NCBI GenBank assembly: GCA_027491435.1
Contig: JAOZFG010000009.1
Location: 1 to 33,708, forward strand
DNA length: 33,708 nucleotides
Source: Thermoproteota archaeon
GTDB lineage: Archaea; Korarchaeota; Korarchaeia; Korarchaeales; Korarchaeaceae
Reading direction: 5' to 3'
In this document: positions 9,451 through 18,351 of the stretch, piece by piece
Numbering within the stretch: the first letter of the stretch is position 1
How the letters are laid out: every line of letters begins with the position of its first letter
Notes under the pieces: model-generated
Databases searched by the model: none
Seen by the model: only the letters and a program-made list of their open reading frames with translations
What the model was told of the DNA's origin: nothing
Position numbers and translations under genes: made by a program

Positions 9451-10493
9451 TGAGAGTTATCCAAGTAGCTCACAGGTTCCCGCCCCACCCAGGGGGGATA
9501 GAGTATCACGTGATGGAGCTCTCTGAGTTTTTAGTTGAACGAGGGGTAGAAGTGTTGGTACTTACTACCACCCCCGAACCGTACCCCGGAAATCTTCCCT
9601 TTAGGGTCTACAGGTTCAAGCCATTAGCTGAACCATTGAGAAATCCCATCTCCTTTAAACTGGTCCTCCAATTTAGAAAATTAGCTAGGGAGAGTATAGC
9701 ACATTTGCACTCTCCTTATACCTTCTCCACGCTTTTAACCTACCCGTTTGCAGAGAAGGCAGTTATAACCCTCCATGGGAGGCCTTATTACGGAGGAGTC
9801 TTCAGATACTTAGCCAAGGTCCATGAAAAGGTCTCGATAACTCTCACCAAGGGGGCTCATTTCATATCCTTGACTGAGTTAGGCGCCTCCTACCTAAAAG
9901 CTATGGGCATCCCTGAGGAGAGGATACACGTTATACCAAACTTCGTGAACATCGAAAGGCTTCAATCACTGGCTAAGGGAGTTGAAGGGGGACATGCCTA
10001 CGATCTTCTGTACGTAGGGGGGCTGGTTGAGGCCAAAGGGTTAGATCAACTAGTTAGGGATCTAAGCGAGCTAGAGATGAGTCTAGCGATAATTGGGAAA
10101 GGTCCCCTTAGAGAGAAGCTTGAGGAGCTCGCTAAGGGGCTTGGGGTTAGAGTTCACTTCTTGGGAGCCCTACCCAGGGAAAAGGTTATTCGAGCTTATC
10201 TGTCTGCCCGAGCTGTGATACTGCCTTCTAGAAGTGAGGGCTTCCCTACAGTTGTACTAGAGGCTCTATCTCTTGGAAGGCCGGTGATTTTGTCTGATAT
10301 AGAGGTTCACAGGAGGCTCTTTAAGGACGTGGCCCTCTTATATAGGCCAGGGAATCCCTCGTCTCTGAAAGAGGCCATCCTTTCGCTGGACAGCTTTTCC
10401 CCGGAGAAGGCCGTCAAGTTTGTCAAAGAGAATTACGACATACGGGTAGTTGGCTCCAGGGTACTCTCCCTGTACAAGTCAATCTGGGAGTAA
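9450..10493 (+). CDS. Glycosyltransferase family 4 (GT-B)
   Basis: FPPHPGGIE, KG.D.L and PSRSEGFPTVVLEAL motifs; TGATG coupling to the permease. Confidence 0.93.
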   Translation: MRVIQVAHRFPPHPGGIEYHVMELSEFLVERGVEVLVLTTTPEPYPGNLPFRVYRFKPLAEPLRNPISFKLVLQFRKLARESIAHLHSPYTFSTLLTYPFAEKAVITLHGRPYYGGVFRYLAKVHEKVSITLTKGAHFISLTELGASYLKAMGIPEERIHVIPNFVNIERLQSLAKGVEGGHAYDLLYVGGLVEAKGLDQLVRDLSELEMSLAIIGKGPLREKLEELAKGLGVRVHFLGALPREKVIRAYLSARAVILPSRSEGFPTVVLEALSLGRPVILSDIEVHRRLFKDVALLYRPGNPSSLKEAILSLDSFSPEKAVKFVKENYDIRVVGSRVLSLYKSIWE

Positions 10494-10597
10494 CCGTGGG
10501 CCCCAGAGGGACCCGCGGGAGTCAGGTCATCGCCCTACCCTTGCGGGAGGGAAAACGCAGCATATGGCTACCTTTCCTTTCTAGGGCTCATCCGACC
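10494..10597 (-). ncRNA. Candidate structured small RNA with K-turn-like motif
   Basis: GC-rich and non-coding. Stems GGUCGG/CUGACU and GCCCUA/UAGGGC flank AUGA/GAUGA; CCC-GCAA-GGG tetraloop; TTTAAATA box upstream at about 10617-10624. Confidence 0.55.
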
Positions 10598-10754
10598 GAT
10601 TAATAAAAGCTAGCGATATTTAAAAGACTTTATAGGGTTGAGGGCAGTTTGTCTCACATTGTCATGTACACAAGGGCCTGCTGTAGAACGAAGTAAAGGA
10701 TGATAATTAAAGTGTCTCCAGTGATCTTTAAAAGAGCTCGCTTCAACCTTCCCT

Positions 10755-11651
10755 ATGAAAGTTCGGTATCTACTTCCCATGATCCTGCTCTTCACCGCAA
10801 TCGTTGGACAGGGCGTTCAGGCCAGGATTGAGCCGACACATCTGAGTACATTTCCAGGCGAGAAGGTTGAGTTGACCCTCTACGTGAGGAACCTGGGAAA
10901 AACTCCAATAGAGGTTAGGGCTCTCAGGGTTAAGGTGACCTCAATCAGGCTTTTCTCGCTTCCCATCTCCCTATATCTGGGAGAGTATGAGATACCGTTT
11001 GACGAACCAGTTAAGGTTGATCCTGGGTCCGAGGAGCCCATAAAGAAGGTTATAAGAGTACCCGACGTCCCCCTAGCTGGAGACTTTTCCCTAGAGGTTC
11101 AGGTGGTGACCAACGGAGGGGCTGCATCAACTTCGCTGAGCCTGAGGTTGGGCTTAACCCCAGTAACTGCCGGCTTCATGTTCCTCATACTGCTGGTGAT
11201 ACTCGGCATAATCTACGGGATCTACAGGTACGTAAAGGGGAAGATCTCCAAGGAGGGAAGGCTTAAGAGAAAGATAAGCAGAATTGATAGCCTGCTAGTT
11301 GAGAGGGAGAGGATTCTCGGCCTCAAGATGAGGCTGGAGGAGAGGAGATCTGAAGGCAGGATAGGAGAAGAGGAGTACAAGAAGCTGAAGGAAGAGTACG
11401 ACTCCTCTCTGGAGAGAGTACAGGGACAGCTGGACCAGTTCGTACCCGAGCTTGAAAGGGAGGCCTCTAAAGTTAGAGAGAAAATAGAGGAGTTGGAGAG
11501 GGAGATAAGGGAAATAGAGGCTAGGATAGAAGTCGGGGAGATTAAGAAGGGAGCCGGCAAGTCCATGATCAAGGACAGGAGAAAGAGGCTGGAAAAACTG
11601 CAGAAAAAGCTGAGCGATTTGGAGGCTAGGATCAAGGCCATTAAAAGTTAG
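10755..11651 (+). CDS. Membrane protein: signal peptide, Ig-like beta domain, TM helix, CdvA-like coiled coil
   Basis: PGEKVELTLYVRNLG beta-sandwich pattern; TM FMFLILLVILGIIYGIY; G.I.EEEY and EIEARIEVGEI coiled-coil motifs. Confidence 0.75.
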   Translation: MKVRYLLPMILLFTAIVGQGVQARIEPTHLSTFPGEKVELTLYVRNLGKTPIEVRALRVKVTSIRLFSLPISLYLGEYEIPFDEPVKVDPGSEEPIKKVIRVPDVPLAGDFSLEVQVVTNGGAASTSLSLRLGLTPVTAGFMFLILLVILGIIYGIYRYVKGKISKEGRLKRKISRIDSLLVERERILGLKMRLEERRSEGRIGEEEYKKLKEEYDSSLERVQGQLDQFVPELEREASKVREKIEELEREIREIEARIEVGEIKKGAGKSMIKDRRKRLEKLQKKLSDLEARIKAIKS

Positions 11652-12669
11652 CTCTAAATTCCTCTAACCTTATAACTTTTTCATCCACTTTCAGCGTGGG
11701 CTTGGGAATCACGAAGTCCACGTGCATGTCAGCGCTAACCCTGCCCCCGAAGTGGGAGTTGTCCCCTATAGCCACGTGAACTGTCCCTAGTATCTTCTCA
11801 GCCTCTAAGACGTTATCTGGCCTTTTGGCGTTGGGATTGGTTCCGACGCCAAGCTCAGCCACGTTCCTCCTGTGGAGCTCAACCTCTGAGGGTTCCCTCC
11901 CTATGGCCAGCAGCTCCCTGAACTTGTCTCCAACGTCCCCTCCACCCTTGACGTCCACCACTAACCCCTTCTCCACTTCCAACACCATGTCCTCCTTTAG
12001 GTTGGGGAACCAACCCCTCTGAACTACCACCCTGCCCTCTGCAGTCCCCTCAACTGGAGCTATGAAGACCTCACCGGCCGGTAGGTTGCCGAAGCTACCT
12101 GGTGAGGTTAATAATCCGGTGTCCAGGTTCCAGACCCTCCCTTCAATTGATAAGGTTAGCCTTGTGCCGTTCTCACTCTCTACAATAACCTTCGAGCCAG
12201 TCAGCTCTTTAGCTAGTCTCTCGCACAGCTCTGCTACCTTCCTATAGTCAACGTCCATAGGACCACCGGGCATGAACATGTCAGCTGTGAAGGTGGGCAT
12301 GCTGGCCACCCTGACGCCTTTTGAGGTTGCCTTCTCCCTAGCCTCTGTGTGGGAGATGGAGTAAGTGGTTATTGCTACTACCACGTCGAAGTCCAGCATG
12401 GCCTTCCCAACGTAGTCGGGAGGCTCGGCTCCATGCCTTCCTGTGGCCGGATAAGCCAGGAAGTTCGCCTTATATCTCTCTGAGATGATCTCATGCACTG
12501 CCTTAGCTAGCAAGGAGCGTTCGGCCATGTCCTTCAACGTATAGTAATCCAGGTTGCACCACTGATCCTGATCAGGGTAGTCAGTCAGTACTAGGACCTT
12601 CTCTCTAGGGCCTGCCCCCAGGTTGACTTCCATCATCCTGAGCACCGATTCCCTAATGTCCTCCTTCAT
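11641..12669 (-). CDS. M29-type (aminopeptidase T-like) metallopeptidase family protein
   Basis: GNLPAGEVFIAP, AELGVGTNP, EAEKILGTVHVAIGDN and H.D motifs. Confidence 0.88.
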   Translation of the reverse strand: MKEDIRESVLRMMEVNLGAGPREKVLVLTDYPDQDQWCNLDYYTLKDMAERSLLAKAVHEIISERYKANFLAYPATGRHGAEPPDYVGKAMLDFDVVVAITTYSISHTEAREKATSKGVRVASMPTFTADMFMPGGPMDVDYRKVAELCERLAKELTGSKVIVESENGTRLTLSIEGRVWNLDTGLLTSPGSFGNLPAGEVFIAPVEGTAEGRVVVQRGWFPNLKEDMVLEVEKGLVVDVKGGGDVGDKFRELLAIGREPSEVELHRRNVAELGVGTNPNAKRPDNVLEAEKILGTVHVAIGDNSHFGGRVSADMHVDFVIPKPTLKVDEKVIRLEEFRANF

Positions 12670-13361
12670 ATCACCTGCACCGCCCGGGCCTCCTCCTGAG
12701 AGAGGGCCACCTCTACTCCATCAACTTCGACTATAACCTTTCCTTTGATCCTTTTCACCCTGACGGTCACGCCTGGAATTATCCCTTTGTCCAACACGGA
12801 CTCCCTGACATTGGGCTCCCCTAGCACCCTAACCACTTTGACTACGGCACCTTCCTCTGCCCTGTCCAAGGTGCTCATGTTGACGATCACTGCGTTTGTC
12901 TCGCTGAAGCAGTATATTGGCCTTTTGCCGTGTTTAAGGAAGTAGTGAAAGCTAGTCAGCCATAAAGGCTCTCCCCTAGGACACCCCTCCATGAACTCAA
13001 TGAACTTTATCAGCCTTTCGTAGGTCTCGGGGCTCATGTGGTGCTCCATTCCGCAGGCGTCCCTCTCGGCTATCTCGGGGTCTATGTTCAAGTATTTTAT
13101 CAAGAACTTCTTCAGGAGCTGGTGTCTCTCGTAAAGTTTTTTTGCTATCTTAGCTCCCTGTTCGGTGAGCCTTATCAGACCGTGGTTCCCGTATTTGAGC
13201 AGCCCGGCCTCTTCAAGAGACCTGAGCATTTGTATAGCTGAGGGCATCTTGACTCCCAACTGCCTGGCCAGTTCGCTAAGCCTAACTGTTGACTTCTCCC
13301 TAGAAAGCTTGTAAATTGTTTTCAGATAGTCCTCAGCCCTGGGAGAGAGTTCAACTTCCAT
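12666..13361 (-). CDS. DtxR/MntR-family metal-dependent regulator with C-terminal FeoA domain
   Basis: EDYLKTIY, RHQLLKKFL and DACGMEH motifs; FeoA tail (GIIPG). The likely start is the ATG at 13361. Confidence 0.93.
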   Translation of the reverse strand: MEVELSPRAEDYLKTIYKLSREKSTVRLSELARQLGVKMPSAIQMLRSLEEAGLLKYGNHGLIRLTEQGAKIAKKLYERHQLLKKFLIKYLNIDPEIAERDACGMEHHMSPETYERLIKFIEFMEGCPRGEPLWLTSFHYFLKHGKRPIYCFSETNAVIVNMSTLDRAEEGAVVKVVRVLGEPNVRESVLDKGIIPGVTVRVKRIKGKVIVEVDGVEVALSQEEARAVQVI

Positions 13362-13669
13362 CTTTCCCCATACTTCCAGAAGAACGGCTATAAAAAGATT
13401 GGGGGAATCCCCATGACGCTTTATAAATGTGGAAAGCACCTTTATGGTGGCTAACCCCTAAGAGTCGAGAGGGCCTTCTCTCAGTAAGTAAAGGGTTTCA
13501 AATAGCTCAGATAGAATATTTTATCGTCTGGAGGGATAGTCTGAGGAAGCTAAAGGACATAAAGTCATAGTTACCTTGGGTGGCCTAATTACATAGATCA
13601 GAGATCTACTTAACGTATCGACTCTCATAACCAAAATTTCTTTATAATTCTAGCTAGATCCTATAAGAA

Positions 13670-14005
13670 GTATGAGTATAACTCCGCTGAGAGTTGGTTA
13701 ACTTAAGTTTTTATAAGATGGCTCGCTAACGCTATAGCTGGAAGGATAGCCCCGTTAGAGAACAAGCCCTTGTAGTCATAGCCCGCTGGCAAAGATCTAA
13801 CCCCTGAAGTTGGCTAGAGCCCTAATCTAAATTAAACTCAGCAACGGTGATTAGAACAAGCTGACCATCTAAGAAGGTCAATAGGGAGTTAGCAGTTACC
13901 ATGGCAACCTTGTACAGCGTATTGCAGCCTCTCCTTAACCAATGCTGATGAACATAAAAACTCTTTAATAATAATTAGACATTAAGACAGCTGGGTTGAC
14001 AACAC
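13670..14005. mobile_element. Degraded IS-end remnants
   Basis: 13748-13782 (minus strand) resembles 106-140; related motif at 13681-13695; GTTGACAACAC near 13995. No ORF. Confidence 0.4.
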
Positions 14006-14029
14006 ATCAATCTGAGCTGCAAACTCAAG

Positions 14030-14437
14030 CTAGAAGACCCTCCTCAACGGACCTCTATCGAAGTCCCTGTCATTGCTTATGATCTCATCAGCCTTCATCC
14101 TCATAGCAACTGCCAGGTGGAGGGCATCCTCTAGATCATATTTGTCGACGAAACTGGCCGCTTTAACGTAATCATTCCAAGTTAGAGGGACGACTTTCAA
14201 CCCTCTAATCGATCTAATTGCTTCTAGGATGTCTCTGATGAAGTGAGCATCCTTGATCGACTTATCAGTTATACTAGCCAGTACGACGGCCACCTCGTAG
14301 GGAGTCAGGGATGAGGTGTAGGCCCTACCTAATTCAGCTTCTCCGATCCACTTCTTGGCCCTTTCGCCGTACTCTGGATGGCCCCCCAGCCAATATACGA
14401 AGACGTTCACGTCGTAATAACGTCTCAATCGCTCCAC
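14030..14437 (-). CDS. vapC: VapC PIN-domain toxin
   Basis: YYDVNVF, YE, EDALHLAVA and SNDRDFD acidic tetrad. Confidence 0.93.
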   Translation of the reverse strand: MERLRRYYDVNVFVYWLGGHPEYGERAKKWIGEAELGRAYTSSLTPYEVAVVLASITDKSIKDAHFIRDILEAIRSIRGLKVVPLTWNDYVKAASFVDKYDLEDALHLAVAMRMKADEIISNDRDFDRGPLRRVF

Positions 14438-14655
14438 CTGATTACTTCCTTCTCTATCACTTCATCCAAGTCCCTAGGCCACCTCTTAACCTTGAACTTG
14501 CCATAATACCTGTCAGCAGCGGATTCAGCTCTCTTTATGATGATAGAGTCTCCCTCAACGTTTATGGAGACCAGGGTGCCCTCTGAAAGGTTCATGGAAT
14601 CCCTGACTTTCTTGGGTATGAGGATCCTGCCCTTCTCATCCACCTTGGAGATCAT
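14425..14655 (-). CDS. vapB: VapB AbrB/MazE-type antitoxin
   Basis: KVDEKGRILIPKKVR AbrB motif; overlaps vapC. Confidence 0.93.
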   Translation of the reverse strand: MISKVDEKGRILIPKKVRDSMNLSEGTLVSINVEGDSIIIKRAESAADRYYGKFKVKRWPRDLDEVIEKEVIRWSD

Positions 14656-14676
14656 CGCCTATTAGTTACCCACCTA

Positions 14677-14707
14677 ATATATAAGTCCCACTATGAGAAT
14701 GGTGGGA
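14677..14707 (-). promoter_or_regulatory. vapBC TATA box and probable autoregulatory operator
   Basis: TTATATAT about 22 nt upstream of the ATG. Adjacent inverted repeat TCCCACTAT-N4-ATGGTGGGA at 14686-14707 (one mismatch). Confidence 0.6.
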
Positions 14708-14712
14708 AAGAT

Positions 14713-15433
14713 GCTGCCAACTTAAGCTTGTTATAACAGGAGGTCCGCTGATGTCATAAGGAACGAAAGAGAGCCTACTCAACCCCGTCAGATAGGTTAG
14801 GAACTATACAATATTATCTTTTATGGATAAGCTATATGTAAAAAGAGACGTTGTTAGCTTAAGGGCTGATATAAGTAGAGAGTCCGTTAATGCATGGAAA
14901 AAGGTATATTACACTCAACAGATAACGAGCTTCTGCAGTTATAGTAAAACCACTAACTTAAAGGTCTAAGGCGTATCAGCTAGTCATATTTGGGTTAAGA
15001 GGGCAAAGTAGTGAGGAAGGTGACAAGTTCATGTTTGGATGAGTCGCTTACCTCTAAGAGTAGAGAGTGGCTGCTGTAGACGAAACTGAGAACTTCACGT
15101 AAACTTTTTACTGGGCTCTGGGTTTGTAGGGCCTTAATCTTTTGAGCTCAGTGATGAAAGGAGCTGAATAGAAGCTGACCTTCCTAAAATAAAGTAAGAT
15201 AATGGAAAGAATCGTTATAACCGATGGCACTAGTTCACGTTTGTTACTATGCCTCTCATAAGTAACCAGTACAGTTGGCAGCTTATAGCTGAAAACTCCT
15301 AACTTCGATCAAAGCGTATGGATTTGACAGCGTTCCCTGTATAGTTTAATATATGGAAATAATTAAGACTTGATACTGAAAAGCTCAATTATTAACGCAT
15401 GCAGGTGCACAGACATCTTCTAAGTTAACAGTG
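14713..15433 (+). mobile_element. Decayed IS6-family element
   Basis: Residual peptides RVAAVDET (15064-15087) and IVITDG (15211-15228). TIR-like ends GCTGCCAACTTAAG (14713), TTGACAGCG (15324) and CTAAGTTAACAGTG (15420). Many stops. Confidence 0.6.
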
Positions 15434-15455
15434 ACCTCTCCCTAATAAAGATCGT

Positions 15456-15905
15456 TTATATTGAAGGGTTAACTTTCTTTCTCAGATATAGTATGTCCAC
15501 TCTCACTTCATATCCCAAGCTAGAGAATAGGGCCAAGCTAGGTTCATTTCTAGAGTATACGAGCGCTGATACTACTCTAGCCCCTTTTCCGACAAGCATA
15601 CTTTCGGCCTCCCTAATTAAGGCCTTTGCGATGCCCCTTCTCCTGTACTCAGGCCTAACCGCCAACCTGTTAATCCAGCCCCTCCTTCCGTCATAAGAGG
15701 CTATGAGTGCTCCCACCAAAGTTTTCCCGTGAAAGGCCCCCAGAAATCCATCTGAGTTGAGCTCCATCTCCCTAAGCAAGGATTCAGGAGAGTCCCTTCC
15801 TCTTGGCTCGTGAGGTAGGCCAGCCAACCTCCAAAGTTCGAGAAGAGCTGGAATATCATCAGGAGTTAGCTTCCTTATCAAAAAGGGAAGGGAGGGTTTT
15901 ACCAT
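15456..15905 (-). CDS. GNAT acetyltransferase (YpeA-like)
   Basis: GRRGWINRLAVRPEYRRRGIA and N..S..LF..LGY motifs. The start is likely at 15905, overlapping the Ldh_2 stop. Confidence 0.9.
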   Translation of the reverse strand: MVKPSLPFLIRKLTPDDIPALLELWRLAGLPHEPRGRDSPESLLREMELNSDGFLGAFHGKTLVGALIASYDGRRGWINRLAVRPEYRRRGIAKALIREAESMLVGKGARVVSALVYSRNEPSLALFSSLGYEVRVDILYLRKKVNPSI

Positions 15906-17011
15906 GGAAGCTCCCACGGGAACTCCACGCCCACCTGCTCGGCCACCTCTTTCATCATTTGAGCCGTCTTCTTGTATATTGGTATGCCATGTTTCATCCT
16001 GTGCTGGGTGGTAAGCCAGGATTTCTCGCCGTGTATCCAAATTCTCTTGAAGTCGGGGTGCAACGGAGCGCTTTTCAGCGTCTTTATCATATAGTCCATC
16101 CTTTCTTTAAACTCCTCTAAGGGCATGAACGCTTCGACGTTGATCGCCATGAAGAAATGACCCACGTTGCTGGGACCTGGTCCCTGAGTTTGACCCACGT
16201 CCCTGAGCATGGCCGCCCCGCTCAGCGCTGCAGTTAGTATCTCAACCATGACCGCTAACCCGTAACCCTTGTGACCTCCAAACAATTCTCCAAGGCCACC
16301 GAGTGGCAGTAAGGCTCCCTCTTTTCTTATCACCATAGGATCATCTGTTAACTTGCCTTCCTTGTCTATCCCCCATCCCAGCGGGGCCTTCTTGCCCTTC
16401 CTAGAGTAAACTTCCATCTTCCCTATAGGCACTATGCTAGTGGCCATGTCCAAGACGAACGGGGGCGGCGTCTTGGTGGGGGCAGCTAATGATATTGGAT
16501 TCGTCCCTATCCACTTACCCAAGGCCCCCGTGTGGGCTACAAGAGGCCTAGCGTTAGTTAAGCTGAAACCGATCATATCGTGCTCCAATATCTTGAGGGC
16601 GTAATAGCCAGCTATCCCGTAGTGGTTACTCATCCTAACAGTGACTACCCCTATCCCAGTCTCCTTAGCCTTCTTAACCGCTATATCCACGGCCCTTATG
16701 CCGACTACCTGTCCTAAGCCTGAATCTCCGTCTATAAGGGCGTAGCTGGGCCCTTCCTTGACGACCTTTATGTTAGGGTTTATCTTGACGGCGCCGTTTA
16801 TTATGCCATCGGTATACCTCTTGAGCCTAGCCACCCCGTGGGATTCTATCCCTCTGAGGTCAGCCGTCACGAGATTCTCTGCAACGTAAAAGGCGTCCTG
16901 ATCTGGGACGCCAAGTTTGATAAAGACTGACTTAACGAAGTTCATTAAGTCATCATACTTAACAATTAAGTAGTCTTCGGGAGGGACAGGTTCGCTCTTG
17001 TCAAACTCCAT
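15899..17011 (-). CDS. Ldh_2 family (malate/L-sulfolactate-type) NAD(P)-dependent dehydrogenase
   Basis: ADLRGIESHG, SNHYG, GTNPI, LDMATS and GHKGYGL motifs. Confidence 0.93.
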   Translation of the reverse strand: MEFDKSEPVPPEDYLIVKYDDLMNFVKSVFIKLGVPDQDAFYVAENLVTADLRGIESHGVARLKRYTDGIINGAVKINPNIKVVKEGPSYALIDGDSGLGQVVGIRAVDIAVKKAKETGIGVVTVRMSNHYGIAGYYALKILEHDMIGFSLTNARPLVAHTGALGKWIGTNPISLAAPTKTPPPFVLDMATSIVPIGKMEVYSRKGKKAPLGWGIDKEGKLTDDPMVIRKEGALLPLGGLGELFGGHKGYGLAVMVEILTAALSGAAMLRDVGQTQGPGPSNVGHFFMAINVEAFMPLEEFKERMDYMIKTLKSAPLHPDFKRIWIHGEKSWLTTQHRMKHGIPIYKKTAQMMKEVAEQVGVEFPWELPW

Positions 17012-17202
17012 GGGTAACCCCGGTTACGTCAGTTCAAAAACTTAAAATCTTGATCTTCGGTCGAGGACGCCCCTGGTATATTTGTTAAAAAAGTTAACGA
17101 CAATTGGCGGACTTAAGCTTCCCTGGTAAATGAATTAAATTAATTTATTATCTTACTTTCAATTGAACTTTTTAGGTAAACTACCTCCGAGGCTCTGGGA
17201 AG

Positions 17203-17664
17203 ATGCCCTGGCTGATAGCTGTCATAGGCCCAAGTAAGAGCGGTAAGACGCTACTAAGTAAGGAGTGTGCCAGTAGAATTGGTGGAGTGGTCAGAGCGTC
17301 CATTAAAGATATGAGGGATATGCTATTCAACGGAAAGAGAATCGATGAGGATCTAGTGCTGTCCTTAGTTAAGGGGACTGTCCAGGTCTTGCTCAAGGCA
17401 GGTTATAACGTTATATTCGATTTAGATCCGGTGGATCTAGTCTACCTAAATGAAATACTTAGGTTGGGAGAGAAGAGAGCTTTAATAGTGTTGAGGGCTG
17501 AGGGGAAGACTCTTAGAGGCCGGGGAGCTGCTCAGGAAGACGTGGAATCCTGGATTTGGGAGGAGCCAGAAGTTGACATAAATTACGTTCTAGAGCTGGA
17601 AAGCGAGGTTGAGGAGGATCTGGAGGAGATCGTGGGGATTGTGGAGGAACTCGTGTCAAAGTGA
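17203..17664 (+). CDS. Small P-loop kinase-like protein
   Basis: N-terminal GPSKSGKT; G.NVIFD Walker-B-like segment. Confidence 0.7.
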   Translation: MPWLIAVIGPSKSGKTLLSKECASRIGGVVRASIKDMRDMLFNGKRIDEDLVLSLVKGTVQVLLKAGYNVIFDLDPVDLVYLNEILRLGEKRALIVLRAEGKTLRGRGAAQEDVESWIWEEPEVDINYVLELESEVEEDLEEIVGIVEELVSK

Positions 17665-17814
17665 CCTTTTTCATCTTAACATTAACCGTGTTATATATAA
17701 ACTGGCTTCACATATGATGCCGGACACCCTTTTCTACTAAATCAGTATAATTATAGCGTTAATTTTGTTTAAATAGAAATTGTTTTATTAGTTATATTGC
17801 TAATTTAGTAAGTG

Positions 17815-18342
17815 ATGGCCATGACCGGGAGCAGGTTAGCGATCAAGGTGAGCCTGTTAGCTATGTTCTCCGTGCTGGCCTTCTTAGCGGCCATCATAGT
17901 TAAGCTAACCGTGAGTTATGGGGCCATAGTTTACGCTATAGTTTTGTTAGTGGGTGTATTGACACTCAAGGAGCCCTACGGCGCTACAGCGATATCGCTG
18001 ATAGCCGGCTTGCTGTACAGCTTTCAGTCCGCCCTTTTCCTGTTCATACTTGGGGCCTTCCTAGTTAGAGGACTTAGTATAGACGTTCTTTTTAACGCCC
18101 TAGGAGTCTACAAGACGAGGGATTACAGAATCTGGGCTATAGTGCTTACCATGACCGTCTCCAGCTTCCTGGCTGGAGTTTACCAGTACTTCTTCCTGGT
18201 CCTGTTCCTGAAGAAGCTCATCGATTTCGGAGCCTTCATAGTGTCGACAATATTCTTGGTGGCCTTAGTCTCCAACGCCTTAGCTGGATACTTGGTGCCC
18301 AAGTACGTGATGCCCAAGGTTGAGAAGGCCTTAAAGCTATGA
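17815..18342 (+). CDS. Five-to-six TM membrane protein, ECF S-component-like
   Basis: About 175 aa, almost entirely hydrophobic; LLAMFSVL N-terminal pattern; heads the radical SAM operon. Confidence 0.65.
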   Translation: MAMTGSRLAIKVSLLAMFSVLAFLAAIIVKLTVSYGAIVYAIVLLVGVLTLKEPYGATAISLIAGLLYSFQSALFLFILGAFLVRGLSIDVLFNALGVYKTRDYRIWAIVLTMTVSSFLAGVYQYFFLVLFLKKLIDFGAFIVSTIFLVALVSNALAGYLVPKYVMPKVEKALKL

Positions 18343-18351
18343 GGTGATCTA

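Noticed and set aside
10610-10795. 61-aa minus-strand ORF
   Set aside because: Overlaps the start and promoter of the 10755 gene; no coding signal.
13441-13461. Possible DtxR box upstream of the regulator
   Set aside because: Palindromy is too weak to support.
15906-16040. Long N-terminal extensions in the ORF track (GNAT; also 1736, 13439, 19353)
   Set aside because: They overlap upstream genes or promoters; downstream starts fit the family N-termini.
17157-17168. CTTTCAATTGAAC-like sequence resembling a CRISPR repeat end
   Set aside because: Single occurrence in an AT-rich divergent promoter.
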